From Actinomycetota bacterium (GTDB lineage Bacteria; Actinomycetota; Geothermincolia; Fen-727; Anoxymicrobiaceae), in the NCBI GenBank assembly GCA_016927325.1, contig JAFGMY010000043.1, forward strand, positions 2,612 to 66,611: a DNA stretch of 64,000 nt, read 5' to 3'. A model generated the notes under the pieces. That model was given only the letters and a program-made list of their open reading frames with translations. It had not been told where the DNA came from and searched no databases. Shown here piece by piece: positions 48,806 to 57,525 of the stretch. Within the stretch, counting starts at the first letter, position 1. Every line of letters begins with the position of its first letter. The position numbers and the translations under genes are program-made.

Positions 48806-49906
48806 ATGTCGGATGTTTACTTTGCGCCGGTGGGAGCTTTCAAGGACAAGGGGCTTATCCAGAAAATACCCCTGTTGTTCAGAAAAGCCGGTTCGAGTGA
48901 AATAATCGAGGACGGCGACCTGGTTGCGGTCAAGGTGCATTTCGGTGAGCTGGGATCGTCGTCATTCATTCCCGGTTTCTATGTGAGGGAGATTGTGGAG
49001 GCGGTTAAAGTTGGGGGAGGAAAGCCTTTTCTAACTGATACCGGCACACTTTACCTGGGTAAAAGGAGAAACGCTTACGATCACCTGAATACGGCACGGT
49101 CCAACGGCTTCACCCAGGCGAGTACTGGGGCTCCCGTAATTATAGGTGACGGTCTGCGGGGGTCCGATGTCAAGCAGGTGGAAATATCAGGTGATTATTT
49201 CGACCATGTGGATATAGCCGGAGCAATCGCCCAGGCCGATTCACTGGTTGTGGTTACGCATATCACCGGACATGACCTGACCGGATTCGCGGGTACCTTC
49301 AAAAACCTGGGGATGGGTGCGGTCGGACGAAAGGTAAAACTTGCCATCCATGAGGCGGTTAAACCTGTAGTAAAAAAGGATGACTGTACCGCGTGCGCGG
49401 TATGCGTCAAGAACTGCCCGGCTGATGCGATAGCCATCGATCCCAAGGACAGGATAGCCGTAATAGATCTGGATAAATGCATAGGCTGCGGTGAATGCGT
49501 CGGTGTTTGTCCCGAGCGTGCGGTGGTGGTTAAGTGGTCCGGCGAAGGGGAGAAAGCGAACATGAAGCTTATCGAGGCCGCGTCCGCGGTCGTTCGCCAG
49601 AAGAAGGGCAGAATAACCTATTTCAGTTTCCTGCTGAACGTTTCTCCCAGTTGTGACTGCTGGAACTACAGCAAAGCGCCGATGGTGCCCGATATCGGGG
49701 TTCTGGCGTCCAGTGACCCGGTTTCGATTGACCAGGCGGCGGCGGACATGGTGAAAAGCGCGCCCGGCGGCATTAACGAAGCTTTCCGCGACCCGGAACT
49801 CAGGTTCAAGGTTCCAGCCGGCGGCTCATGGGAAGTCCAGCTTAAAAAGGCGGAGGAGATGGGTCTTGGTGAAAGGGAGTACCGTCTTATCAATATAGAC
49901 GAATAA
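48806..49906 (+). CDS. DUF362-family protein with inserted 2x[4Fe-4S] ferredoxin domain
   Basis: VAVKVHFGELGSSSFIPGFYVREIVEAVK...PFLTDTGTLY (DUF362-like), plus CTACAVCVKNCP and CIGCGECVGVCP. Confidence 0.65.
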   Translation: MSDVYFAPVGAFKDKGLIQKIPLLFRKAGSSEIIEDGDLVAVKVHFGELGSSSFIPGFYVREIVEAVKVGGGKPFLTDTGTLYLGKRRNAYDHLNTARSNGFTQASTGAPVIIGDGLRGSDVKQVEISGDYFDHVDIAGAIAQADSLVVVTHITGHDLTGFAGTFKNLGMGAVGRKVKLAIHEAVKPVVKKDDCTACAVCVKNCPADAIAIDPKDRIAVIDLDKCIGCGECVGVCPERAVVVKWSGEGEKANMKLIEAASAVVRQKKGRITYFSFLLNVSPSCDCWNYSKAPMVPDIGVLASSDPVSIDQAAADMVKSAPGGINEAFRDPELRFKVPAGGSWEVQLKKAEEMGLGEREYRLINIDE

Positions 49907-49988
49907 CCGTTTCCGCTTTTCAACCGGCTTTTTACCGTTACCTGCTTTTATGGGCGAGGGCCGCCCGCTTCACGGGAAAGACGCGTTT

Positions 49989-50576
49989 TCAGCCTATAAG
50001 AAGGATGGCCTCCATCATGCCAAACGGTTCAATTCCGGATTCGTCACTTTCGCCGGATACTCCCTCCCAGCCAAGTGACCTGTTGAGCACGTTGAAATTT
50101 ACACCCAGACCCGACGCCGATGGTCTCGAAAGTTCGGGGTGCCTGCATTTGCCCTTCTCTTTCAGCGCTTCGCAAATATCGTCATCGGCGCAGTAAAGTT
50201 CTTTGCACGAACCACCGGCGAACCCCCTGGAGTTTTTATATCCGGCAAGTGCTGCGGTTTTCTCGAGGCTTGTCAGGAGTTTATGAATATGCCGGGAGAA
50301 ATCGTGCCTTTCGTCGGAGTTCAATATCCGCATCGGTATATCGAACTTCAGGACGAGAGCGGTTTCATACCCGCTCAGCAGTTCCTTGAACTGGCCTGAC
50401 TTCATCGCGTGGGGCGGGCAGCTCAATGCCGAGCCGTACCCCGGGCACCTGGACAGCCCGCAGATATTTCCAAGGTCTTCATCGATTACGATCGTCTCGG
50501 CTGAAATAAGCCGGACATCACTCGCACCGGCATCCAGTGCTTCTTTCTTCAGGTTGTCAATCAGTTCGGAATTCAT
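49989..50576 (-). CDS. DUF2284-like predicted metal-binding protein
   Basis: 195 aa. CGLSRCPGYGSALSCPPH and the later Cys-rich segment CKELYC...CEALKEKGKCRHPE. Confidence 0.55.
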   Translation of the reverse strand: MNSELIDNLKKEALDAGASDVRLISAETIVIDEDLGNICGLSRCPGYGSALSCPPHAMKSGQFKELLSGYETALVLKFDIPMRILNSDERHDFSRHIHKLLTSLEKTAALAGYKNSRGFAGGSCKELYCADDDICEALKEKGKCRHPELSRPSASGLGVNFNVLNRSLGWEGVSGESDESGIEPFGMMEAILLIG

Positions 50577-50761
50577 GATTCCACATTATACGATATGAAA
50601 TCGATCGCAGAACAGGAGTTCATCTCTTGAAAACATGTCGGATACTGAAGACGTATGCCGGTTGAAGCAATGATGATGTTTCTTGTTGAAGTTCCACCAA
50701 TGGTATCATTCAACATGCGGGTTTTCAGAGAAGAGGATTGGGTCAGGAAAACGGAGGAGAG

Positions 50762-51691
50762 ATGATTTATACAATTACACTGAACCCTACGCTGGACATA
50801 ACTTACGTGGTTGACCGCATCGAGCCTGAAGGGTCGTTTAAAGCCAGGGAAGTAATCAAGACCCCCGGCGGCAAGGGAATTAACGTCTCCATGGCACTGA
50901 TGGCGATGGGAGTGGACTCGATATGCATGGGCTTGATGGGTGGATTCTCGGGCGAGGAGGCGACTGAACTCCTCCAGAAAGAGGGCCTGATATTGCAGAT
51001 GGTAAAGATCGCGAATGCCACCCGTACTAATGTTGTAATACTCGGACGCGACGACTGCAAAGAGCTTATTATTAGGGCCGATGGGCCGGTTGTGGAAGAA
51101 GAGGAGACCGAAAAGCTGACCGGCCTGTTTCTGAGGATAGCGCACTCACCGGAGATACTGGTTCTTTCCGGTTCACTTCCCCGAAGCGTAAACAGTGACA
51201 TTTATCGTTCGCTTATCAGGGGGGCCAAAGAACGCGGGGCGAAGGTTTTCCTGGATGCTTCGGGCGAACCCCTGAGACTGGGGATAGAGGCTGCCCCTTA
51301 CCTGATAAAGCCGAACAAGAGGGAGTTGGAGGAGCTCGCGGGCAGGAGTTTTAAGGATAATGATGAGATAATAGACTTCTGCAGGAATCTTAACGCGGGG
51401 GGTATAGAGAGAGTTGTCGTCTCCATGGGAGCAGGTGGGGCGATTCTGGTGACCGGCGAGGGCGTCTGGCGGGGAACCGTCCCGGTGGTCAGGGAGGACA
51501 CGGTAGGAGCGGGGGATTCCATGGTGGCGGGATTCGCCGTTGGATTGACCCGTTCCGAGTCGGTGGAGGAGACCTTTCGAACCGCGCTTGCCTATTCGGT
51601 ATCAGCGGTAATGAACTCGGGACCCTGGCTTACGGAGCCTGAAACATACAGGAAGGCATATCCGCTGGTACGGGTGGAAAGGACAGGGTAG
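50762..51691 (+). CDS. PfkB-family sugar-phosphate kinase (1-phosphofructokinase / tagatose-6-phosphate kinase subfamily)
   Basis: Start moved to ATG 50762, which has GGAGGAG upstream. MIYTITLNPTLDITY, GGKGINVS, DTVGAGDSMVAGF. Confidence 0.85.
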   Translation: MIYTITLNPTLDITYVVDRIEPEGSFKAREVIKTPGGKGINVSMALMAMGVDSICMGLMGGFSGEEATELLQKEGLILQMVKIANATRTNVVILGRDDCKELIIRADGPVVEEEETEKLTGLFLRIAHSPEILVLSGSLPRSVNSDIYRSLIRGAKERGAKVFLDASGEPLRLGIEAAPYLIKPNKRELEELAGRSFKDNDEIIDFCRNLNAGGIERVVVSMGAGGAILVTGEGVWRGTVPVVREDTVGAGDSMVAGFAVGLTRSESVEETFRTALAYSVSAVMNSGPWLTEPETYRKAYPLVRVERTG

Positions 51692-51694
51692 CCA

Positions 51695-52402
51695 GTGAGT
51701 AGTTTACCGGCGGGTGACAAGAGGGCTGTTGTCCTGCTAAGCGGTGGAATAGACTCCGCTACCGTGCTGTGGCTTGCGAAGTCCCGCGGGTACGTACTGT
51801 TCGCAATGACGTTCGACTATGGCCAGCGCCACAGGATGGAAATAGAGTCCGCTGCAAAAATCGCAAAGTCGGCTGAAGTACAAGAGCACCTGGTGTTTTC
51901 ACTTGGAATGCACCTGATCGGAGGTTCCGTACTCACCGGTACGGGAGAAGTCCCGAAAGACCGCCTGGATGGAGTCGGGGGCGGGGAGATACCCGTCACC
52001 TATGTCCCGGCAAGAAATACTGTTTTTCTTTCGATAGCGCTCTCATGGGCCGAGGTGTTGGGCGCCGGCTATGTATTCATCGGAGCCCACGCCGTTGATT
52101 ACTCCGGGTATCCCGACTGCAGGCCGGAGTATATCCAGGCTTTTCAGAGCATGGCGGACCTTGCCACCCGGAGAGGTGTGGAAGGTGATCCCATCAAGAT
52201 AGAAGCGCCGCTGATAGACATGAACAAATCTGAAATCATCAAACTCGGAGCGGTCCTCGGCGCCGACTTCTCGATTACTACGAGTTGTTACGATCCCGAC
52301 GACTCGGGAAAGGCCTGCGGCCGTTGTGACAGTTGCCTTATCCGAAAGCGCGCCTTCGGGCACTCAGGCATTGAAGACCCCACGGTTTACCTTGAACAGT
52401 GA
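51695..52402 (+). CDS. queC: 7-cyano-7-deazaguanine synthase
   Basis: GTG start. VVLLSGGIDSAT (PP-loop), and the C-terminal zinc motif CYDP...CGRCDSCLIR. Confidence 0.9.
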   Translation: MSSLPAGDKRAVVLLSGGIDSATVLWLAKSRGYVLFAMTFDYGQRHRMEIESAAKIAKSAEVQEHLVFSLGMHLIGGSVLTGTGEVPKDRLDGVGGGEIPVTYVPARNTVFLSIALSWAEVLGAGYVFIGAHAVDYSGYPDCRPEYIQAFQSMADLATRRGVEGDPIKIEAPLIDMNKSEIIKLGAVLGADFSITTSCYDPDDSGKACGRCDSCLIRKRAFGHSGIEDPTVYLEQ

Positions 52403-52637
52403 ATTTCGTCGACTTCAGCCGATCTGGCGACAGTGCTGTTAAACAAAAACTTTCGGCTGAAAGACGACATCGGCATACTGCTGATTTCAGTTTCCGGACA
52501 CTATGCCTTTTCAGACGCACGGTACAAACTGTCAGCCGTGATATAATTTTGACGCCATCGCCGGATCGACACATATTGCTGGCCTTAGATGTCTTTTAAC
52601 CGTAATGACGTGTTCTTTGGAGTAGGGGGTATTCCGT

Positions 52638-53963
52638 ATGAAAGTAATAGTTGTTGGAGCGGGACCGGCCGGCCTTGCGGCCACTTACACATTAAAGAAG
52701 CAGGGTGCCGACGTTGTTGCTCTGGAAAGTACCGACAAGCCTGGAGGCAGGGCCCAGGGGCTGGAAAAAGATGGCTATGTATTTGACATGGGTGCCCAGT
52801 TCCTAGGCAAACACTATGAGACGACCTTCAGGTTCTGCCGTGAACTTGGAATGATGGACGATGTCATTCCGTTCAATTTCAAGGTTGCCATCTACAGAAA
52901 AGGAAAGATGTACCCCCTGAGCATGAACATGAATCCCGTGGAGCAGCTTAAAATGATCCCGGATTACCTGCGGTTCAGGGCGATTTCGATTAAGGCGATT
53001 TTTGAGATGGCCAGGATGATGCCCAGATTAATGCAGAGAATGCCCGCCGCTTTCAAAATGGACTTTCTGGCCATGAGCGACGTCGATTACCTGAGCATCG
53101 CCGATTTTGTCTTGCGTTACGGCGGGAAGAGCGCGCTCGAGGAAGTGTTTCAGATGCTGATGGCCGGCCTTACCCTTGGCGAGCCCGAGGACATCGGCGC
53201 GGCACACGGGTTATCCCTTTTCAACTTCGGCCGGGGTCTTCTCGCTTTGAAGCACGGCATGGGCTCGCTGACTGACAGTATTTACGATGCTTGCAAGGAC
53301 AAAGTCAAGCTGTCCACTCCGGTAAAAAAGATTGTCATCGACGGAAAATATATCAAGGGTGTGGAGACGGAGGACGGGTTCCTGGAAGCCGACCATGTCA
53401 TTTGCGCTACTACCGCGGGGACGGTAAGGCGCCTGACGCCGGATCTCCCGGACGCGATACGGAAGCCCCTCGAAATGGTCAAATACAGTTCGACCAGGCA
53501 CGTCGTATTCGCGCTGGAGAAGAGGCTCCTTCCCGAGGGCTGGTATCCTCTTTCATTCTCCAGGCAGGTCGGATCTTTTCTTCCGGCAATTGTTGACAGT
53601 TCATGCAAGTCTCCCAACCATGCGCCACCGGGGGCCGGACAGATCCACTGCTTTACCTATGGCAGGAAGGCCGCGGATTATAACGATGTCCCGGAGGAAG
53701 AGCTGAAGAAGCTTATGATAAAAGAGGTCCAGAAGTTCTTCCCGAACATGCCGGACACTCCATTGTTTTCAGTATACTGCAGGTGGGATGAGGCCATCTG
53801 CCTTGAACCGCCAGGAATGCTGAACGCTATCCGCCGAATGAAGATGGAGGGCATGAAGAAGGTAAGGGGACTGCACCTTGCCGGTTCATACATGCGTCTT
53901 CTGTCTTCGGTTGAAGGGTCATTGGCGAGTGGCGTCGACGCCGCTTATGAAGTGTTGAAGTAG
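52638..53963 (+). CDS. NAD(P)/FAD-dependent oxidoreductase (phytoene-desaturase / amine-oxidase-like)
   Basis: [39 protein letters not shown] (GxGxxG...E...GGR). 441 aa; substrate unknown. Confidence 0.75.
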   Translation: MKVIVVGAGPAGLAATYTLKKQGADVVALESTDKPGGRAQGLEKDGYVFDMGAQFLGKHYETTFRFCRELGMMDDVIPFNFKVAIYRKGKMYPLSMNMNPVEQLKMIPDYLRFRAISIKAIFEMARMMPRLMQRMPAAFKMDFLAMSDVDYLSIADFVLRYGGKSALEEVFQMLMAGLTLGEPEDIGAAHGLSLFNFGRGLLALKHGMGSLTDSIYDACKDKVKLSTPVKKIVIDGKYIKGVETEDGFLEADHVICATTAGTVRRLTPDLPDAIRKPLEMVKYSSTRHVVFALEKRLLPEGWYPLSFSRQVGSFLPAIVDSSCKSPNHAPPGAGQIHCFTYGRKAADYNDVPEEELKKLMIKEVQKFFPNMPDTPLFSVYCRWDEAICLEPPGMLNAIRRMKMEGMKKVRGLHLAGSYMRLLSSVEGSLASGVDAAYEVLK

Positions 53964-54022
53964 TCGGGATTGATTGGATGGAGGGCCCGGCCGGGCCCTC
54001 CATTCTTTATGGAGGTGCTCCA

Positions 54023-54547
54023 ATGGAGTTTCTGGGCGGAAGGCTGGAAATAATTGACGGCGACATCACAAAACTGAAGGTCGATGCGATAGTTAATGCC
54101 GCTAATAAGTCTCTTCTGGGAGGGGGCGGTGTCGACGGCGCCATCCACAGGGCGGCCGGACCAGGGCTCCTCGAGGAAACACGCGGCCTGGGTGGCTGCA
54201 ATACCGGGGAGGCTAAGATCACCGGCGGTTATGATCTCCCCGCAAAGTATGTTATTCACGCGGTCGGGCCGGTGTGGCACGGCGGCAACTCAAACGAGGA
54301 CGGGCTGCTCGCCGGCTGCTACACGAACAGTCTTCAACTGGCGGTTGAGAACGATGTGCGGACGATCGCGTTTCCATCGATAAGTACAGGGGTATACGGT
54401 TTTCCGATCGAAAGGGCTTCAAGAGTTGCCCTGGGTGGGATCGCCCGGTTCCTCGAGGATCACGAAACGATTGAAAAGGTGGTCTGTTGCTGTTACGGCC
54501 GGGCTGATGAGAAGGTCTATGAGACCACCGCAAACGAGGTGTTGTAA
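54023..54547 (+). CDS. macro domain protein (O-acetyl-ADP-ribose deacetylase, YmdB-like)
   Basis: Start at ATG 54023, preceded by [41 protein letters not shown]...[12 protein letters not shown]. Confidence 0.88.
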   Translation: MEFLGGRLEIIDGDITKLKVDAIVNAANKSLLGGGGVDGAIHRAAGPGLLEETRGLGGCNTGEAKITGGYDLPAKYVIHAVGPVWHGGNSNEDGLLAGCYTNSLQLAVENDVRTIAFPSISTGVYGFPIERASRVALGGIARFLEDHETIEKVVCCCYGRADEKVYETTANEVL

Positions 54548-54630
54548 GCGGGATCATGACGCGGGTTCGAAACAGACGTTGCTCTTTCACTCTGATTCAC
54601 AAATAAGCGGTAACTGAAAGGAAAAGAAAT

Positions 54631-55626
54631 ATGACTGACAGGGATCTCTACCGCGAGTTATCGGAAAATATCGGTATGAGAAACTCTCAAATAGTGCCGC
54701 GCCTGTTTGAACTTATTGCCGATAAAAGGGAAGCCGAACTGCTTCTGGCTCTGCCGTCTTCTGCCGGTGATTACGCGGGGGCCTCGGGAGTTTCTGAAGA
54801 TGAAGTCGAGCATATGCTGGAAGATCTTTTCGTAAAAGGCGTCGTCTTCAAAAAAAGAAGCGGAAAAGGAGTGCTCTTTCGAATGAGCCGCGACGTCGTC
54901 CAGTTTCATGATGCCTCGATTCTGTGGCCGGAAGCTCCGCGTGCTTTTCTCGACCTGTGGCAGGATTTTATGGATGAAGAGTGGCCGGTCATTTCAGAGA
55001 AGGCGCAGAAGTCCGGTACCAGGCCGGTAGGCAGAGTTCTGCCGGTTGGGGAGTCGATCGACGATAAGCAGCAGATCCTGGCATGCGAGGACGTAATCCG
55101 GATCATAGACAGCGCCGACAGGATTGCGGTCACCAACTGCACCTGCCGGCTTACAGCACGAAAATGCGACGCGCCTGTTGAGATTTGCCTGCAGGTGGAT
55201 GCCGCGGTGGAATACACCCTGGAAAGGGGTACCGGGCGGGAAGTAGACCGCGAGGAGGCCCGTAGATTGATCTACGAGGCGGAAGAAGCCGGCCTGATTC
55301 ACGCAACCATGAACAGGGAGGGGAATCTGCACTTCATCTGTAACTGTTGTCCCTGCTGCTGCATGGTCTTTCCCTTGCTCATTCACAGAAACCTGAACAC
55401 CTGCGACCCGAGCAGGTATCGAGCGGTGGTTCGGGCTGCGGATTGCACCGGCTGCGCCGAGTGTTTGGCAAGGTGTTACTTCGGGTCAATATCCATAGAT
55501 CAACAGTCAGGTGTTGCTTCTGTTACAGCCGGTTCCTGTATGGGGTGCGGCTTATGCAGTTCCACCTGTCCCGAGAACGCTATATCGCTTGTCGAGGTTC
55601 GCGACGCCGATTTCATACCTTCCTGA
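54631..55626 (+). CDS. Cys-rich Fe-S protein with C-terminal 2x[4Fe-4S] ferredoxin motif
   Basis: 331 aa. NCTCRLTARKC...C, FICNCCPCCC, CTGCAECLARC, CMGCGLCSSTCP. The N-terminus is helical and possibly wHTH-like. Function unknown. Confidence 0.6.
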   Translation: MTDRDLYRELSENIGMRNSQIVPRLFELIADKREAELLLALPSSAGDYAGASGVSEDEVEHMLEDLFVKGVVFKKRSGKGVLFRMSRDVVQFHDASILWPEAPRAFLDLWQDFMDEEWPVISEKAQKSGTRPVGRVLPVGESIDDKQQILACEDVIRIIDSADRIAVTNCTCRLTARKCDAPVEICLQVDAAVEYTLERGTGREVDREEARRLIYEAEEAGLIHATMNREGNLHFICNCCPCCCMVFPLLIHRNLNTCDPSRYRAVVRAADCTGCAECLARCYFGSISIDQQSGVASVTAGSCMGCGLCSSTCPENAISLVEVRDADFIPS

Positions 55627-55978
55627 AAAATTAACACCGGTGAAATCACGACAACTCACCCAAAGCACTGAATAATGCAACCTATCACTGAAATGCATTC
55701 GCTTAATAAAATGATCCCGGCACAAACAGGAGATACTCAAGAATGTAATCTCTAAAATGATCGTAGAATCCGGCATCACACGCGCTTCAACGCAAAGCTT
55801 AATATCTTTACGGCGGTTTGCTTGACCTTTCCACTGTTACCGATCACAAGCACAGTGCCGCGCCCGTACGCTTAATGAAAGAGTAAGCATCCCGGCACAC
55901 TGAGACTCGGTTCGACTAACTTGAGACTCTTCCAGGCAGTGGTAGCCTTATTCAGATTTTATGCGGCCGGCCGGGTTG

Positions 55979-56110
55979 TTATTTGCCGAGCTTTTTGTCA
56001 GCCTTGTTAGCTGCCTTCAAAGCCTTTTCGGCCTTCTTGGTAAGTTTTCTTGCCTTCTTGTCGAGTTTCTTGGATTTCTTGCGGAGCTTCTTCGCCTTCC
56101 TGGCTTTCAT
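55979..56110 (-). CDS. 43-aa lysine/alanine-rich highly basic small protein (histone-H1-like composition)
   Basis: Not in the ORF track (under 60 aa). Own translation: MKARKAKKLRKKSKKLDKKARKLTKKAEKALKAANKADKKLGK, ending in TAA. The ATG is preceded by GAGGGGAG with a 7-nt spacer. The listed plus-strand ORF 55983-56186 is its antisense shadow. Confidence 0.55.
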   Translation of the reverse strand: MKARKAKKLRKKSKKLDKKARKLTKKAEKALKAANKADKKLGK

Positions 56111-56700
56111 GTCAATTCTCCCCTCGTCTTGGTCTTTTGACTATCCTTATCATAGGGCAAGCATCAGGCCCAAAATAAAACTCTGAGCAAGATTGAACGC
56201 GGTACAAATTTATCAATATGCTCTTGCGCTCTGTGAATAATACCAGCTAACCGTTTCAGTTAACAGTACTTATCAACTATGTTTCATGCAGTTAATAACG
56301 GGTGTAAACATTATCGATCATCCGGTATTATGCCTCATTTGAGGCAAGCAACACAAGATTCTCAAGGCAATATCATAAATGTAATTTAATTGATTGTCAC
56401 GTATTCAATGCCTGAGGGCTTTGACATTCATTGAATTAAGGCCGCGGTTTCCACCCTTGTTCAGTACAGTTGCCGGGTCCACGGGCATCAGCTATCGACC
56501 TTTAAGTTAAGCCGCCGCCTTTTGCTTTCAGTGGGCCATTCGGTTGAGTTCAAGACGGAAATGTGTTGAAAAGTCTTATTGCCGCCGCAGTTTGATCCGT
56601 TTCTTGATATAGGGACACATGAAATCAATGGCTGGGTGGCTTTTCCTCTCCAGGCTTGATGTTCATGCCGGCGGCGGCGATGTGGAAAGTGGTGCTCAAG

Positions 56701-57171
56701 ATGGCTGCGAAGAAGGTGCTTCTCACCGTTGCATCGGGAACGACAGGGACTGAAGCGTTCCATGAACTGCTTCGCAGAAGGGGTAAATACGAAATCAGGC
56801 TTCTGGTCCGGCCGTCAAGGATCAACACCGCGAACTTCAAGAAATATGGAAAGGCTGAAGGCGTTGAGATAATCCGGGGTGATCTCACCAGCAGGCCGGA
56901 TGTTCTCAAGGCAGTCTGTGATGCCGATTACATACTGCACACGGTTGCGATAATTCCTCCCGCTGCGAACGATCTGCCGGGTCTCGCTGCGAAAGTAAAT
57001 GTTGAGAGGTCGAGAAACCTCGTTGAAGCGGTAAAAGCCTGCTCGGGGCAGGACACGGTCCGTCTCGTGAGTGCAGGCACTGTGGCGGAGTGCGGTGAGC
57101 GGCGGCCGCACAACAAGCTTATGAATGCTTCCGACCCGGTCGGGACAGGGGCATGCGACCACTTGGATTGA
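56701..57171 (+). CDS. NAD(P)-binding Rossmann (SDR/NmrA-like) protein, N-terminal half only; possibly a truncated gene
   Basis: MAAKKVLLTVASGTTGTEAF (glycine-rich dinucleotide motif) and NVERSRNLVEAVKAC. It ends after ~156 aa, whereas such enzymes are usually about twice that length. No catalytic YxxxK is seen. Confidence 0.4.
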   Translation: MAAKKVLLTVASGTTGTEAFHELLRRRGKYEIRLLVRPSRINTANFKKYGKAEGVEIIRGDLTSRPDVLKAVCDADYILHTVAIIPPAANDLPGLAAKVNVERSRNLVEAVKACSGQDTVRLVSAGTVAECGERRPHNKLMNASDPVGTGACDHLD

Positions 57172-57525
57172 AGAAGACGACCAGGAAGGTATCGAGTGCT
57201 CCTTCGGGCCCAGGGAAAACCGGGAGAGGATACCGAACTGGAACTGATACGAACCGCCAGTAACTTTAAGGCATGGCGGCTTGATCATAAATATGGCGGT
57301 GGGGTTTGAGAAAAAGGAGTAGCCGCCTTTCTCTTAGCTGGAGGGATTGCCTATGGTCCCATCCGGGCCCCACCGTCCTTACTTCTCACGACAACCAATC
57401 GTCAAAACTCACATGTTAATTAATGGCTTGATCCTATTGCGATCCTTCATTAGGTGAAAAGAGCAAGCGGTCGACACAAGTAAAACAGGTTCATAATAGT
57501 GAAGCAGCGTATAAGATATTAGGTC

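Noticed and set aside
52403-52637. preQ1 or other riboswitch associated with queC. The inverted repeat TTCAGCCGA...TCGGCTGAA lies downstream of queC.
   Set aside because: queC starts 3 nt after the preceding kinase gene, so there is no leader. The downstream inverted repeat has a ~30-nt loop, no U-tract, and no resemblance to the preQ1 aptamer core that I can recognise.
55983-56186. 67-aa plus-strand ORF (MPSFLSALLAAFKAFSAFLVSFLAF...), which could be read as a small membrane protein.
   Set aside because: It has a TTG start and no Shine-Dalgarno. Its Phe/Leu/Ser richness is the mirror image of the AAG/AAA codons of the minus-strand Lys-rich ORF, which has a strong RBS and an ATG.
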